54,655 nt of DNA from a virus (Duplodnaviria > Caudoviricetes), in the IMG/VR virus record IMGVR_UViG_3300014208_000052, positions 1 through 54,655 of that record; one strand, given 5' to 3'. A model generated the notes under the pieces. It was not told the DNA's origin. It worked only from the letters and a program-made list of their open reading frames with translations, and did no database searches. Each line of letters begins with the position of its first letter. Positions within the stretch are counted from its first letter, which is position 1. Of this stretch, positions 37,517 to 46,972 are shown in pieces. The translations under genes and the position numbers were made by a program.

Positions 37517-38259
37517 AATAGAGCCTCCTGGGCTTGAGCCAGCAAGCGATGGATCAATAGCGGGCTGTTGGCCCAATCGTTTGGTGGTAGTGTCATTTGG
37601 TGTGGCTTGTGGTACATAAACCACGAATGGTTCAACCCAAAACATACCGTATCATTCTGCACCAACAAACACGGATCGTGCGGATCGAAGAATGTCTTGA
37701 CACTACTGTCAATGTCGATCGGCAAAAACAATCGACGGGGAATCGCATGGGCATGAGGACAATGTGGCAGAATGTCCGTTAGTAACTTTTCTCCCAGAGA
37801 ACACCATTCAATGCCAGATGGCGAGTGGGCCAGTGCTTCGTTGATCTGAGCCAACCACCGACTTGCCGTTCCGTATCCCGCTTTCATGTAGATGTAACCA
37901 TTGAGAACACGAAGCGGCGGTTTAGTCCAAGTCATATACAATGCCGAGGCGTAGGGATGTTCCGCCATTAAGGCCATCGGGCTTTGCATCGCAATCGTAT
38001 CAGCGTCCCACCACCAGCCACCATGCGTGGCCAGCAAGGCTGCTCGGATGCAGTCGGCTCGTAACGCCGGCTGGGTGAGTTGTAAATAGTTGGGGTGCAA
38101 AATCCCATCGTCGAGGTACGTTCCAATGTTCTCGGGATTGGTAAGATGGAAATTGATCTGAGGCGATTCGCAGGCTTTCGCCATCGACTTAAGACATACC
38201 GCGATGTGCGGCGGCATTGGCCCTTCCCAGTATGTCCAGACATTTAGGGGCGTCGTCAT
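37510..38259 (-). CDS. Capsular polysaccharide synthesis-type glycosyltransferase (GT32-like)
   Basis: VWTYWEG, RADCIRAALLxxHGGWWWDAD. Confidence 0.85.
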   Translation of the reverse strand: MTTPLNVWTYWEGPMPPHIAVCLKSMAKACESPQINFHLTNPENIGTYLDDGILHPNYLQLTQPALRADCIRAALLATHGGWWWDADTIAMQSPMALMAEHPYASALYMTWTKPPLRVLNGYIYMKAGYGTASRWLAQINEALAHSPSGIEWCSLGEKLLTDILPHCPHAHAIPRRLFLPIDIDSSVKTFFDPHDPCLLVQNDTVCFGLNHSWFMYHKPHQMTLPPNDWANSPLLIHRLLAQAQEALLC

Positions 38260-39074
38260 TTGAGATATTTCCACGGTGCATTGTCGATGGGCGAAACCAA
38301 GTGAGTATGCAACACAAAATGACCGTTAGTGATGCGAGGACTATGCCGCAACGCGTCGAGGTTTGTCGGGCTGATGTCGTCCACTTCGTCGCTATCGAGT
38401 CGACCTTCCAACTGCAAGGGAATGCCGCATCGCGGACACCAACGGTCTATCTGCTCTTGAAAATCCGCAAGTGGTCGGTCCCAACAGCCGGGCTCAATAG
38501 GCAAGCCGCCTGGACCGTTCATAACCATATCCAAAGCACCCGCAACCTCACAGAAAAAATACCCCTTGGGGGTACAAGTTGCAGACCATAGGCGTTGCAA
38601 CCAACATTGCTCGATGATGGCGGTCTGGTTTTGCGTATCCTTTGCGTAGTCTTGTATGGCAACCAGAACGGGCGAATGTTGACACTTACTATCGTGTGTG
38701 TTGTTGTTGATGTAACCAAATGTTGACCTTATGAGTGCAGCATGTATCGTGCGTTCCCATCGCAAGCCCGTCCATAACCCCCTGTGTTCCTTATTTGGTA
38801 TACGATCAGCAACGATACGCACCAGTTTGGCAAACTCAGGGTGCAGTAGCGGTTCGCCGCCGATCATTCCAATCATTTTGTTCGGATCGGCAGTGGACGG
38901 AGGGCTGTCGGTCGGAAAGTTGCGCAATGCCTCAACGCATTGGGCAAACATTTCAACTGACATATAGAACGGATCGCGCACATGGCCGCAAAGCCGCGTA
39001 CAATTGCTGCACTTGCGACCGCAAGCGTTAGTCACGTCGATTTGCTGACACCACTGATACGCCGGGTCTATCAT
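38256..39074 (-). CDS. Radical SAM protein with C-terminal Cys cluster
   Basis: IDVTNACGRKCSNC (CxxxCxxC), GGEPLLHP, extra C..C..CxxC. Confidence 0.88.
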   Translation of the reverse strand: MIDPAYQWCQQIDVTNACGRKCSNCTRLCGHVRDPFYMSVEMFAQCVEALRNFPTDSPPSTADPNKMIGMIGGEPLLHPEFAKLVRIVADRIPNKEHRGLWTGLRWERTIHAALIRSTFGYINNNTHDSKCQHSPVLVAIQDYAKDTQNQTAIIEQCWLQRLWSATCTPKGYFFCEVAGALDMVMNGPGGLPIEPGCWDRPLADFQEQIDRWCPRCGIPLQLEGRLDSDEVDDISPTNLDALRHSPRITNGHFVLHTHLVSPIDNAPWKYLK

Positions 39075-39664
39075 GGTATGGCGCTATTCCTGTAATCTAC
39101 GGTTGCTGGATCGTATCGGAGCATGTGGGGAAACGGCTGTGATGGGACGGGATGATCCAAAAATCCACACAACCGATCCCACGTATCACCAGCCTCCCAG
39201 TCAACCATAAGCAGTTTACCTGGACGATTCGCAAAGTATTCCTGCACTGCCGTATTGTAGTTGAGATATGCGAGAATGGCAGTGTCTTTGTTGTTGGCCG
39301 TTGGCGCAACCCCAATCGTATGGGCTAAGTTCATGTCGGGTGCGCTGTTGTAGAGCGAAACCCATCGCAACAAAGACCGAAACCACGATTCCCTATCACG
39401 CATCGTCAGTACAAATCTGGCATCGGGAAATACAACATCCAGGACTTGGTAGACGCCAGCGTAGTTCCACGGGCTGTCCTCGAAGGCGTCGTATCGTTTT
39501 GCCATTGCGATACAGTCGCGGTAGTCGCGGGCTGCCGCCGTAAATCGCGTTAAATAGGCCAACTCCTCGGGGCATACGTTGTAGCCGAGAATGCGGAAAC
39601 ATTCCCGCAAGGTGCTGGTGCCCGTCTTGTGCAGTCCAATACCAAAGACTTTACTTTGTGTCAT
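39071..39664 (-). CDS. Sulfotransferase-family protein
   Basis: KVFGIGLHKTGTSTL PAPS-binding loop, DSP, FVLTMRDxESWFRS, WxxLCxFL. Confidence 0.85.
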   Translation of the reverse strand: MTQSKVFGIGLHKTGTSTLRECFRILGYNVCPEELAYLTRFTAAARDYRDCIAMAKRYDAFEDSPWNYAGVYQVLDVVFPDARFVLTMRDRESWFRSLLRWVSLYNSAPDMNLAHTIGVAPTANNKDTAILAYLNYNTAVQEYFANRPGKLLMVDWEAGDTWDRLCGFLDHPVPSQPFPHMLRYDPATVDYRNSAIP

Positions 39665-40487
39665 CTGACAATAACCCTTCCATCCCGTCCCAAGAACGGT
39701 CGTACATGCGTTCGTTCTTCTTCGTCAGCCACGATTGGAACCAGTCGTTCCCACCGAGCGAGTTTGCAACGTGGAACATGGCATGGTGAGCGTCGGTCCA
39801 GATTTCCGCTTTGTAGGTCGACGGGTTGCGCTTCCATAGTTCCCGAATCATCCACACGTCCTCAAGCCCGCGCCCCTCGTAGGCTTCGTTGTAGCGAGTA
39901 TCGTCCAACACATCGCGGCGCAGCGAGAATTGGCTGTTGCCAAAGATAGGACCGGGATGCGGCAGCTTACGCTCTGGACGCCCGTAGGCTTCGTGTGCTA
40001 AGCCGTAGCGGGCCTGGGGGCGTCCTTGCCCACGTTTATCCATCGCGTCGTAGTGGTCAAACATAACTGCTACGGTGGCCTCACGGGCGTCTGCGTCCAT
40101 GAGTGTCTGCTTGAGTTCGGCGGGGATAAGACGGACACGATAGCAGAGCTTCGTCAGGTCGGGTCTGTCGCACAAATAGTTAGCGCACTCCATCCACTTC
40201 TGGCCGACAATGGCGTCCGCGTCCAGAAAGCTCAACACGTCGCCGCGCGCCTCTTGGATGGCGGTGTTCTGACATCGCGGCTTATTGAAGTATTTAGTAA
40301 CGGGCAAGGTCTGGAGAACCTTTACGTTCGGTGTTTCGTGTGTCGGCGGTACGCGACTGCCGTTATCGGCCACAATCACTTCGTAGTCATCTATGCTACA
40401 ATGGGCAGCACTCCGATGGATCGACCAAAGGCACAGAGCCAGCGTATCATTGCGGTTGCGCGTCGGGATAATGATGCTGTGTCGCAT
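39651..40487 (-). CDS. Glycosyltransferase family 2 / GT7-like
   Basis: SIIIPTRNR, VIVADNGS, FNKPRCQN, FLDAD, YNEAYEGRGLED. Confidence 0.88.
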   Translation of the reverse strand: MRHSIIIPTRNRNDTLALCLWSIHRSAAHCSIDDYEVIVADNGSRVPPTHETPNVKVLQTLPVTKYFNKPRCQNTAIQEARGDVLSFLDADAIVGQKWMECANYLCDRPDLTKLCYRVRLIPAELKQTLMDADAREATVAVMFDHYDAMDKRGQGRPQARYGLAHEAYGRPERKLPHPGPIFGNSQFSLRRDVLDDTRYNEAYEGRGLEDVWMIRELWKRNPSTYKAEIWTDAHHAMFHVANSLGGNDWFQSWLTKKNERMYDRSWDGMEGLLSDDTK

Positions 40488-40488
40488 G

Positions 40489-40677
40489 TCATCGGCGTAT
40501 TAGTTCTTCGGTGTCGTCGGTTGGCCGGCGTACCAGCGTTTGCGTACTTCCGCTAGATCGTCGCACATACGAGTCATCGGAGGGAACGCCACGCCGCACT
40601 AGCGTTGGCGAGACAACCGTTTCTGTGTATCCAAACGGTGGCCACGCGGTCAGTATGGATCGCACAAGTTGAATCAC
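40489..40677 (-). CDS. Hypothetical protein
   Basis: 62 aa filling the gap between coupled genes. Confidence 0.4.
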   Translation of the reverse strand: MIQLVRSILTAWPPFGYTETVVSPTLVRRGVPSDDSYVRRSSGSTQTLVRRPTDDTEELIRR

Positions 40678-41453
40678 GTTGCCGCTCCCTGGTTTTCTGT
40701 AGTCCCCGACGTTGAGATAACTTGCGTAGTAACGGCAGTCGTGCCGTTGTCGGCGTAAGTGGTAATCGCCGTTGAGGTCTTGGTGGCTTTCTTAAAGAAC
40801 CGTCGCCACGTTTGGTGCAGGTAGCCAACCGGCCCTGTTGCTGGCCCAGTGAGCGTTGGCACGGTGAACTTGGCGTCGGTAATGGTGCCATCCGTCAACC
40901 CCACGCCCCCACTTGCATCCGTCACCAGCTTATTTGCCGGCGTTGCGAGAATCTTGCTTGCCGCGTCGGTGCCGATGGCGTCGGCGGTAGGTGGCGTGCC
41001 AGTGTAGGCGTTGTCCGTGCCCCGCATGGCCGCTCCGTCCAGCCCTGCTACGTCTAGCGCAATCGCGTCTAGGCTCACCTGTGCCGTGTCCTGTTTGGCC
41101 TCGGTGGCCATGATAGTGGGCACAAGTCCCGCTGCGCCCGTCCACTCGACCGACTGAATGCCAACAACTGCATCCCCAGGCAAAGGCGATGCACCGATGT
41201 AATACTCGATGAGATATTCGCCTGCCGCTACAATGCCAGCCGGAAACGAGCCGACGTAGGTAGCCGTAGCCGTAGTGTCGCTGGTTTGCTGTTCGGTCAA
41301 AGCGACCATGCCAACAGCCCAGTTTGCATCCGAGATTGTTGACGGCGCGACCATCGCGGCATTGTTCCACCGCGTCGCACGGTTCTGGCCCCAGACAATC
41401 CCCTTGATCGTTTGTCCGGTCAGCGTGTACTTGAGCGATAGTTCGTTAGCCAT
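40674..41453 (-). CDS. Putative virion structural protein
   Basis: 259 aa A/T/G-rich; follows tailspike. Confidence 0.55.
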   Translation of the reverse strand: MANELSLKYTLTGQTIKGIVWGQNRATRWNNAAMVAPSTISDANWAVGMVALTEQQTSDTTATATYVGSFPAGIVAAGEYLIEYYIGASPLPGDAVVGIQSVEWTGAAGLVPTIMATEAKQDTAQVSLDAIALDVAGLDGAAMRGTDNAYTGTPPTADAIGTDAASKILATPANKLVTDASGGVGLTDGTITDAKFTVPTLTGPATGPVGYLHQTWRRFFKKATKTSTAITTYADNGTTAVTTQVISTSGTTENQGAAT

Positions 41454-41462
41454 GATCTTTCT

Positions 41463-43325
41463 CTAGGATGGTTCAACGATGAGCCACGCGACAACGCTGG
41501 TGTCAGTCGCATCTTCGGAGGTTATGACGAAAGAAGTGCTATCAGTAATCGTCGTCACGGCAATCGCCATCGGAGCCGTGACGGTCCCTAACGATTGAAC
41601 TTGTAGGAAGATTCTTGACGTTGACCGCACGGCACAAGTAGCAACCGTGGCCGTTCCTCCCACCAAAGTTGCAACGCCCATTTTGGCGTTCGTACCCTCT
41701 TTGACAAACAGCCCAGAGCCGACGACACCCGCTTTCAAGTCGCCGCTAGTGATGGTACTCGTGAGCGTGCCTGTCCAGACGGATACGTTGTCGATGTCGC
41801 CCGTAAACGGGTCGGACGTGCTGTACAGGTATAAGATTCCGTTGGAACTGTCGGCGGTACACTTAAAGGCATCGACGTAGGTTCCGCTAGCGGCGTGCGA
41901 CACCTGTGTGCCTGTTGCGCCTGTACCACCGCCGCCAGCCGCATAAATGGTCCCGCTGGTTCGAGTGATTGTCCACTTGATGACATACCACACGCCAGCA
42001 ACCAGACCGATGTTTTGTGATAGCGCATGGAAACCAGCCGATCCGTTGTGGTGCGCAACCCCGTCGGCGATGGTCCATCCCGTTCCTTTTGTCCAGCCCG
42101 TATCAGAATCAAATCCTCCGTTCGTGACGGCCTTAGTAGTCGTGGGAATGACGTGCGTTCCCGTGTACATATCAGTCGCCGAGAGCATCGGTGCCGAACT
42201 GTAAAGATATGCTTGGGCGCTTTCATCAAAGTTGCCATTCCATACCGTTGATGTTGCCGTGCTGACGATGGATGTCGGTGTGGCTGCAAACGTGTTGTTT
42301 ACAAACGACACCCAGTATCCGGCAAACGTCATGTTCGTCGCTCGGATGTTGTTGTACGCAACGCTAATGAAGTTGGTTGCCCCTGTGAACACCCAATCGC
42401 CGTAGAGCATCTGATTGCCGCAAATCTGAAAACCATTGGCCGCTGAAACGATATAGACGTTGTACACATGGCCGTGGTTGCAGAGATTGCCGACAAACGA
42501 GCCGTGCGAACCGTTGTAGGTGACTCCGTTCACGTAGAGGTTGTAGCCGTTATATTCAAGACAGTTGCCAGTGATGAGAGCGTTGCCGGCCTCCGCGATA
42601 ATGCCGTAGCGATTATCGTTGAACGTGTTGCCGACGATCTTCAGGTACTCCGCGCCGTTGGTCGCTCCGAGAATCGTGTCGTTGCTTGCCCCTGATGGTG
42701 CGGTATCCAACGCGCAGTAGTTGTAAGAAATGTTGCAGGATGAAATGTACGGGGCGTTCGTCGGCCCAGGTTGCCCAACACCGCCGCCATTCATGCCCAC
42801 GGCGATGTTGTCGAACCCGTAAATGTACATGCGGTCCAAGCCTGCCCCTTCGGTGTCTGATCGAAGGTAGACGCCGCTGCGGGTGCCGGCAGAGGTTACG
42901 GCTTTCATCGAGCCAGTAGAGCCGCCATCCATCGCAAAATTGGATAGTCGCAGGCTGTTGGTTACGGCGGCTATGGCGATCATGTATCCGGTGGAACCAC
43001 TCTTGAACTTGAGGATCGATCCCGTTCCGCTTCCGAAAATCTCCTGCCCGGCCACCGTTGTAAGATTGGAAACAACGGTTGTTCCAATCGGAATGTAGAC
43101 GGTTTTGGAGGCATTCAAGGCCGCCTGAACTGCCGTGGTGTCATCCGTCACGCCGTCGCACAACGCTCCATAATAGCGAATGTCTGCAAACCTATCGGCA
43201 CGCGACGTATCGGTCGGATGGACGTGATCGCCACGCGACAACTTGACGGAAGTGCCAACAGCAACAGAGCCGTTCATTAGAGGATTGGCGGTTGCAATTT
43301 CTGTGATCGGTATTCCTACGCCCAT
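41463..43325 (-). CDS. Tailspike/depolymerase with right-handed beta-helix
   Basis: RGDHVHP fibre motif; DIRYYGALCDGVTDDTTAVQAAL pectate_lyase_3-type start; GN-ladder repeats; TNGGFDSDTGW CBM-like domain. Confidence 0.8.
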   Translation of the reverse strand: MGVGIPITEIATANPLMNGSVAVGTSVKLSRGDHVHPTDTSRADRFADIRYYGALCDGVTDDTTAVQAALNASKTVYIPIGTTVVSNLTTVAGQEIFGSGTGSILKFKSGSTGYMIAIAAVTNSLRLSNFAMDGGSTGSMKAVTSAGTRSGVYLRSDTEGAGLDRMYIYGFDNIAVGMNGGGVGQPGPTNAPYISSCNISYNYCALDTAPSGASNDTILGATNGAEYLKIVGNTFNDNRYGIIAEAGNALITGNCLEYNGYNLYVNGVTYNGSHGSFVGNLCNHGHVYNVYIVSAANGFQICGNQMLYGDWVFTGATNFISVAYNNIRATNMTFAGYWVSFVNNTFAATPTSIVSTATSTVWNGNFDESAQAYLYSSAPMLSATDMYTGTHVIPTTTKAVTNGGFDSDTGWTKGTGWTIADGVAHHNGSAGFHALSQNIGLVAGVWYVIKWTITRTSGTIYAAGGGGTGATGTQVSHAASGTYVDAFKCTADSSNGILYLYSTSDPFTGDIDNVSVWTGTLTSTITSGDLKAGVVGSGLFVKEGTNAKMGVATLVGGTATVATCAVRSTSRIFLQVQSLGTVTAPMAIAVTTITDSTSFVITSEDATDTSVVAWLIVEPS

Positions 43326-43356
43326 ATTCTTCTTTCCCTCTCACCGCCCCGGCGGC

Positions 43357-43743
43357 TTACAATTTGCCGTCTTGCACTTCCAAATAAGATGACAGCCTGC
43401 CTTCGCTGATTTCTCCCGGTGGGCATCCAGGGTCGTAAATCCGTCCGTCGTGGATTACCAGCCAATGGCTTTTTCTGGACTTTATTCCCTTGAGCGGCAG
43501 CATCTTGAAAATGCCAGTCTTTGGAAACTGGTCGCCCATCCGTATTCGCTTGAGTCCACCACGTCGGCCACCAACCCTACACCCATGCCTCTCTAATGCA
43601 CGAACGATCTCTCTTGTCCGTGTCCCGTGGGCGTGACCAACTGCCAATATCGCGTCTTGCAGGCTGATTCCACACAACATGGCCACACAGCATTGCCCGC
43701 AGAGACTGGATTCTTCGGGCTGTTTGATGTGTTTGAGTTTCAT
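43357..43743 (-). CDS. Peptidase C39-like protein
   Basis: HIKQ..SxLCGQCCVAM, GT, HWLV...IYDP (Q/C/H/D set). Confidence 0.7.
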   Translation of the reverse strand: MKLKHIKQPEESSLCGQCCVAMLCGISLQDAILAVGHAHGTRTREIVRALERHGCRVGGRRGGLKRIRMGDQFPKTGIFKMLPLKGIKSRKSHWLVIHDGRIYDPGCPPGEISEGRLSSYLEVQDGKL

Positions 43744-43782
43744 TTGGTTAATTCCGCCCCGGCGGCTGCTGTTCGGAGTTAT

Positions 43783-44031
43783 CTACTTCCCGTCCGGCCG
43801 TTTGTCGAGTCCCTTTTCCTTAAGCATCGCCGCCACGTCGTCGATGTGGAGGCAGTCGCACATGCAGGCTCCGGTAAGAGTCGTGCTGATTGGTGCGATG
43901 GAGCCATTGCAATAATCGTTGCCCGGAGTTGCGTTGTGCAGCACGCCGAGAGCCGCGATTTTGCTGTCGTCATATCCAAGAAAAACAACCGTATCGCCGT
44001 TCTTCGCTTCGCGTCCATTTCGGTAGTGCAT
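43783..44031 (-). CDS. Conserved hypothetical protein
   Basis: MHYRNGREAKNGD...GNDYCNG...CMCDCLH; AAAAGGA SD. Confidence 0.65.
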   Translation of the reverse strand: MHYRNGREAKNGDTVVFLGYDDSKIAALGVLHNATPGNDYCNGSIAPISTTLTGACMCDCLHIDDVAAMLKEKGLDKRPDGK

Positions 44032-44055
44032 GGTTCGTTCCTTTTTGATTAATGG

Positions 44056-44274
44056 TTAGTTCCGCCCCGGCGGCTGGCCGCTGGTGTCCGATTGTTCGCG
44101 TCTCTGGCTTCGTTTCGTAGGTAGTGCTTGAATCAAGTCCCTCAGTCCGTCGATATGCTCCGCTGCCCGATGCTGGTCAACTTCGTGGCATTCGCTAATC
44201 TGGCTCGCAAGGCTGTTGATGGACTCCAGCAATATCCATTCTTGATCGGTTTGGCCGCTACGGGCTAGGGGCAT
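44056..44274 (-). CDS. Hypothetical protein
   Basis: TAATG coupling, GGGAGG SD. Confidence 0.5.
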   Translation of the reverse strand: MPLARSGQTDQEWILLESINSLASQISECHEVDQHRAAEHIDGLRDLIQALPTKRSQRREQSDTSGQPPGRN

Positions 44275-44705
44275 TACTGGCCTCCCTTGCACTTCATAAT
44301 GATTTCCATGCGAGACTCTCGTTCGGCTCTCAATTCGTCCACAAGACGGTCTACGCTCGCCTTGTGGGTTTCGCGTTCATGCTGCATTTCAAGTTGCGTT
44401 GCATCCAGAGTAGCCTTGATTTTTACGTCTGTAGCTTCCAGCGTGGCTTTAATTTTCGCGTCCGAGGATGCGCGTTCGTCGGCTATCTGCTTATCTTTGT
44501 CGGGGATTGTTTTCGTCTGTGTTTGATAAAAGTACCACGCAAGAATCCCGATCGCACCAACCGTGTTGGCAAATCGCCAGAATAAATCTTCCGTGCTGCT
44601 AACTGGAGCAGCGTTTGTCTGTGCTAACAGCGTCGATAGTGGTATCTGGCCCACGGCTGCCATGCCAACGCACGATGAAGTAACGAGGATATGCTGTAAA
44701 ATCAC
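44274..44705 (-). CDS. Holin-like membrane protein with coiled coil
   Basis: TM segment VGAIGILAWYF followed by charged coiled coil. Confidence 0.5.
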   Translation of the reverse strand: MILQHILVTSSCVGMAAVGQIPLSTLLAQTNAAPVSSTEDLFWRFANTVGAIGILAWYFYQTQTKTIPDKDKQIADERASSDAKIKATLEATDVKIKATLDATQLEMQHERETHKASVDRLVDELRAERESRMEIIMKCKGGQ

Positions 44706-44818
44706 TATCGAATCCTTCTATCTCGTCTCTCTAATCGCGTGTCCGAACATGCCACAACCAGAACAAACGCCGTGAGAAAAAGGAACACGGCTCCGAAGAT
44801 CGCTTGTAGTATGCTCAT
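44705..44818 (-). CDS. Small single-TM protein
   Basis: GGGAG SD; MSILQAIFGAVFLFLTAFVLVVAC. Confidence 0.45.
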   Translation of the reverse strand: MSILQAIFGAVFLFLTAFVLVVACSDTRLERRDRRIR

Positions 44819-44885
44819 GGTTTGCTCCCATCGGAAAGAGGCGATGGCCGGGTCCATCCGGCCACCGCCAGGGGACAAAGGCTTC

Positions 44886-45314
44886 CTATCCTCCGCGTCT
44901 AGCTTGGCGGCGGGCTTGCCGGCGTTCGCTCCCCAATACGCCACGTATGACTTTCCCGACACCCATAGCGGCGCCGACAACTGGACGGCGTCTCTCGCCT
45001 TCTTCGCTTGCCGCCGATGCGGACTCAGTAACGGTAACGCTTTGCTGCTGCGGCACTCCACATTGGCCACCAGAACAACTGTCGCCACTACAGCCACCAC
45101 GCCCGGCCGCAAGAGGCCGCGAAACCGAAGCCAAAATGTCACCGGAGGCGGCAGACACTTGGTCGAAAGATGTGTGCGACTCCATAGTGGCGGGGGTGGT
45201 AGCTGCAATCTCATAACTGACGGGCACTTCGATTGTGCTGGCAGTGCCGTTGAGCATTGAACCAATCCCTACGAGCAAGCAACACGCGGAAATTGACGCG
45301 AGAAAACCCTTCAT
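44886..45314 (-). CDS. Secreted/membrane protein with Cys-Gly motif and Arg-rich tail
   Basis: GGAG SD; signal-like N-terminus; GGCSGDSCSGGQC; RRQARRQARRGG. Confidence 0.6.
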   Translation of the reverse strand: MKGFLASISACCLLVGIGSMLNGTASTIEVPVSYEIAATTPATMESHTSFDQVSAASGDILASVSRPLAAGRGGCSGDSCSGGQCGVPQQQSVTVTESASAASEEGERRRPVVGAAMGVGKVIRGVLGSERRQARRQARRGG

Positions 45315-45352
45315 CGTTCGTTCTCCAAATTGAGGATTGAAACAGAAACGCA

Positions 45353-46174
45353 CTACTTTTCGCTTGGTGTCGGGATACGCACCACAATGATGCCTGACGG
45401 CGTGCCTTGGCCTCGGCCCGTGCCCTTGCCAAGCCACAAGTATCCACGGTCTCCGTAGCTCATGCCCCAGTTGTTTCGATCTTTTCGGAAGAATAGCTTT
45501 GTCTTGGGGTCGTACTTGAGCCGATAGCTTCCGCTGATACAGTGGCTCCACCAGTCGTACCAAGGGCTCGTTGGCTGCGAGCGTAGGGCAGCCGTACCGG
45601 CCACCTCCCACATCTTGTCGCGTATGCCCGACAGAAACTCCTCTGCCTTGTGTAGTAGAGCGTTCTGCTCCCAGCCGGCTTTCCACCGCGATGGGCTTAT
45701 GCTGTTGGGCCGATCCATGAATGAAGCCTCGCAGCAGCCGTACTTCGCCAATACCTCAAGGTCTTGCTCGGGATCGCCGCCTTGATTGCGCCAGCCTGTC
45801 ACGCGACCGGCTACGCTCTCGGCAGACAGGTTGACATAGGGCAGACCGGCTACCGCTCTTGCCACTTCCACGCAAGTCACCGGACCGTAGCCGTGGCAGT
45901 AGCCCAAGCCGTCCTGATCCTTGCAGGGGATGCCAAGGTCATCAACGATGTCGTCGAGCCAAGACTTCTCGCGGTCCTTCTGGCTTATCAGGTCAGGCCA
46001 TTGCTCCACTGGTATCAGATCAGCCTCCGCGTAGGGAGTGCTGAACATCATCGTGGAGCCCATCGGAAACTGGTTCGCGTTCATAATGCGGGTGTGCCCG
46101 CCGAACTCGAACGTCGGCAAACCCGCCCCGCAAAGTTCTTCGCAGTTTTCAGGGGTAATCAGGAAGTCGGCCAT
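45353..46174 (-). CDS. Papain-like (C1) cysteine peptidase
   Basis: DQDGLGYC (oxyanion Q, catalytic C), NLSAESV, WSHCI (His), RNNWG..YGDRGY (Asn). Confidence 0.8.
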   Translation of the reverse strand: MADFLITPENCEELCGAGLPTFEFGGHTRIMNANQFPMGSTMMFSTPYAEADLIPVEQWPDLISQKDREKSWLDDIVDDLGIPCKDQDGLGYCHGYGPVTCVEVARAVAGLPYVNLSAESVAGRVTGWRNQGGDPEQDLEVLAKYGCCEASFMDRPNSISPSRWKAGWEQNALLHKAEEFLSGIRDKMWEVAGTAALRSQPTSPWYDWWSHCISGSYRLKYDPKTKLFFRKDRNNWGMSYGDRGYLWLGKGTGRGQGTPSGIIVVRIPTPSEK

Positions 46175-46175
46175 G

Positions 46176-46589
46176 CTAGGTTCCCCCGTTCTTCTTGACG
46201 TAGGCTGCGAGGGCCTCATCGGTTTTTGGCATCTTGGATACAGCCGTGATCTTGGTGCCCTTAATTACGCCGATGCAGGGCACGCCGCTCTTGGCGATCA
46301 TAAGTTCCAGTTGAGTTTTCCATCCCTCGGGGAGCTTGTCTTTGTCGTACTGTCGCCACTTGTCCACCTTCCGAAGTGATCGAGCCGTATTGCCCAGTAA
46401 CACGCCTAATTCCTCGGGCGGCTGGTTTTTGCTTTCGTATACGACAACTACACGATCAATCTTTCCGGCCGATGACCACAGCCAGGATACGCCGGGAATG
46501 CCGCTCAGGTCAGGCCCATAGTCGATCATTCCGCCGGCCGTAATCAGCCCGACGCCGACAATCAGCAGTAGGATTCGCAAGGTTTTCAT
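46176..46589 (-). CDS. Membrane-anchored protein
   Basis: N-terminal TM; VVVVYES...GVPCI thioredoxin-like pattern. Confidence 0.55.
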   Translation of the reverse strand: MKTLRILLLIVGVGLITAGGMIDYGPDLSGIPGVSWLWSSAGKIDRVVVVYESKNQPPEELGVLLGNTARSLRKVDKWRQYDKDKLPEGWKTQLELMIAKSGVPCIGVIKGTKITAVSKMPKTDEALAAYVKKNGGT

Positions 46590-46591
46590 GG

Positions 46592-46960
46592 CTACCCCTT
46601 CGGGATGCTGGCGGCAGGTACGGTGTCCGTGACGCCCTTCGTCTCCAATGCCGCAACGCGGGAAGCCAAGTCCAGTGTCGGGGCTGGGGCCGCTGGACGC
46701 TTCCATGCGGTGATAACGCCCCTCAAATAGTCACACGCCTTGATTGCCTCGGGGTCAGCCTCAACGCTGTCCAGCGTGCGTATGGCTGTCAGTGACGTGT
46801 AGCTGGCCACAATCCCCGCAATGTCGATGGCCTTGGTCGCCACGCCAGCCGCCGTGTCCAAAACCGTATACGTACCCTTCGGTGCCCACTTGTCCCATAT
46901 CAACAAAAATACGGAAACAACGGCACACAACACGCCCGCAATAATCACAATCGTTCCCAT
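46592..46960 (-). CDS. Membrane protein
   Basis: N-terminal TM segment, 122 aa. Confidence 0.55.
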   Translation of the reverse strand: MGTIVIIAGVLCAVVSVFLLIWDKWAPKGTYTVLDTAAGVATKAIDIAGIVASYTSLTAIRTLDSVEADPEAIKACDYLRGVITAWKRPAAPAPTLDLASRVAALETKGVTDTVPAASIPKG

Positions 46961-46972
46961 CGCAATGCCCTT

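Larger units (their letters stand above)
43344..44075. repeat. Three 14-bp direct repeats CCGCCCCGGCGGCT
   Basis: At 43344-43357, 43754-43767, 44062-44075, each at a gene 3' end. Confidence 0.85.

Noticed and set aside
41463-43325. Diversity-generating retroelement target in tailspike
   Set aside because: No reverse transcriptase or TR/VR pair seen in the window
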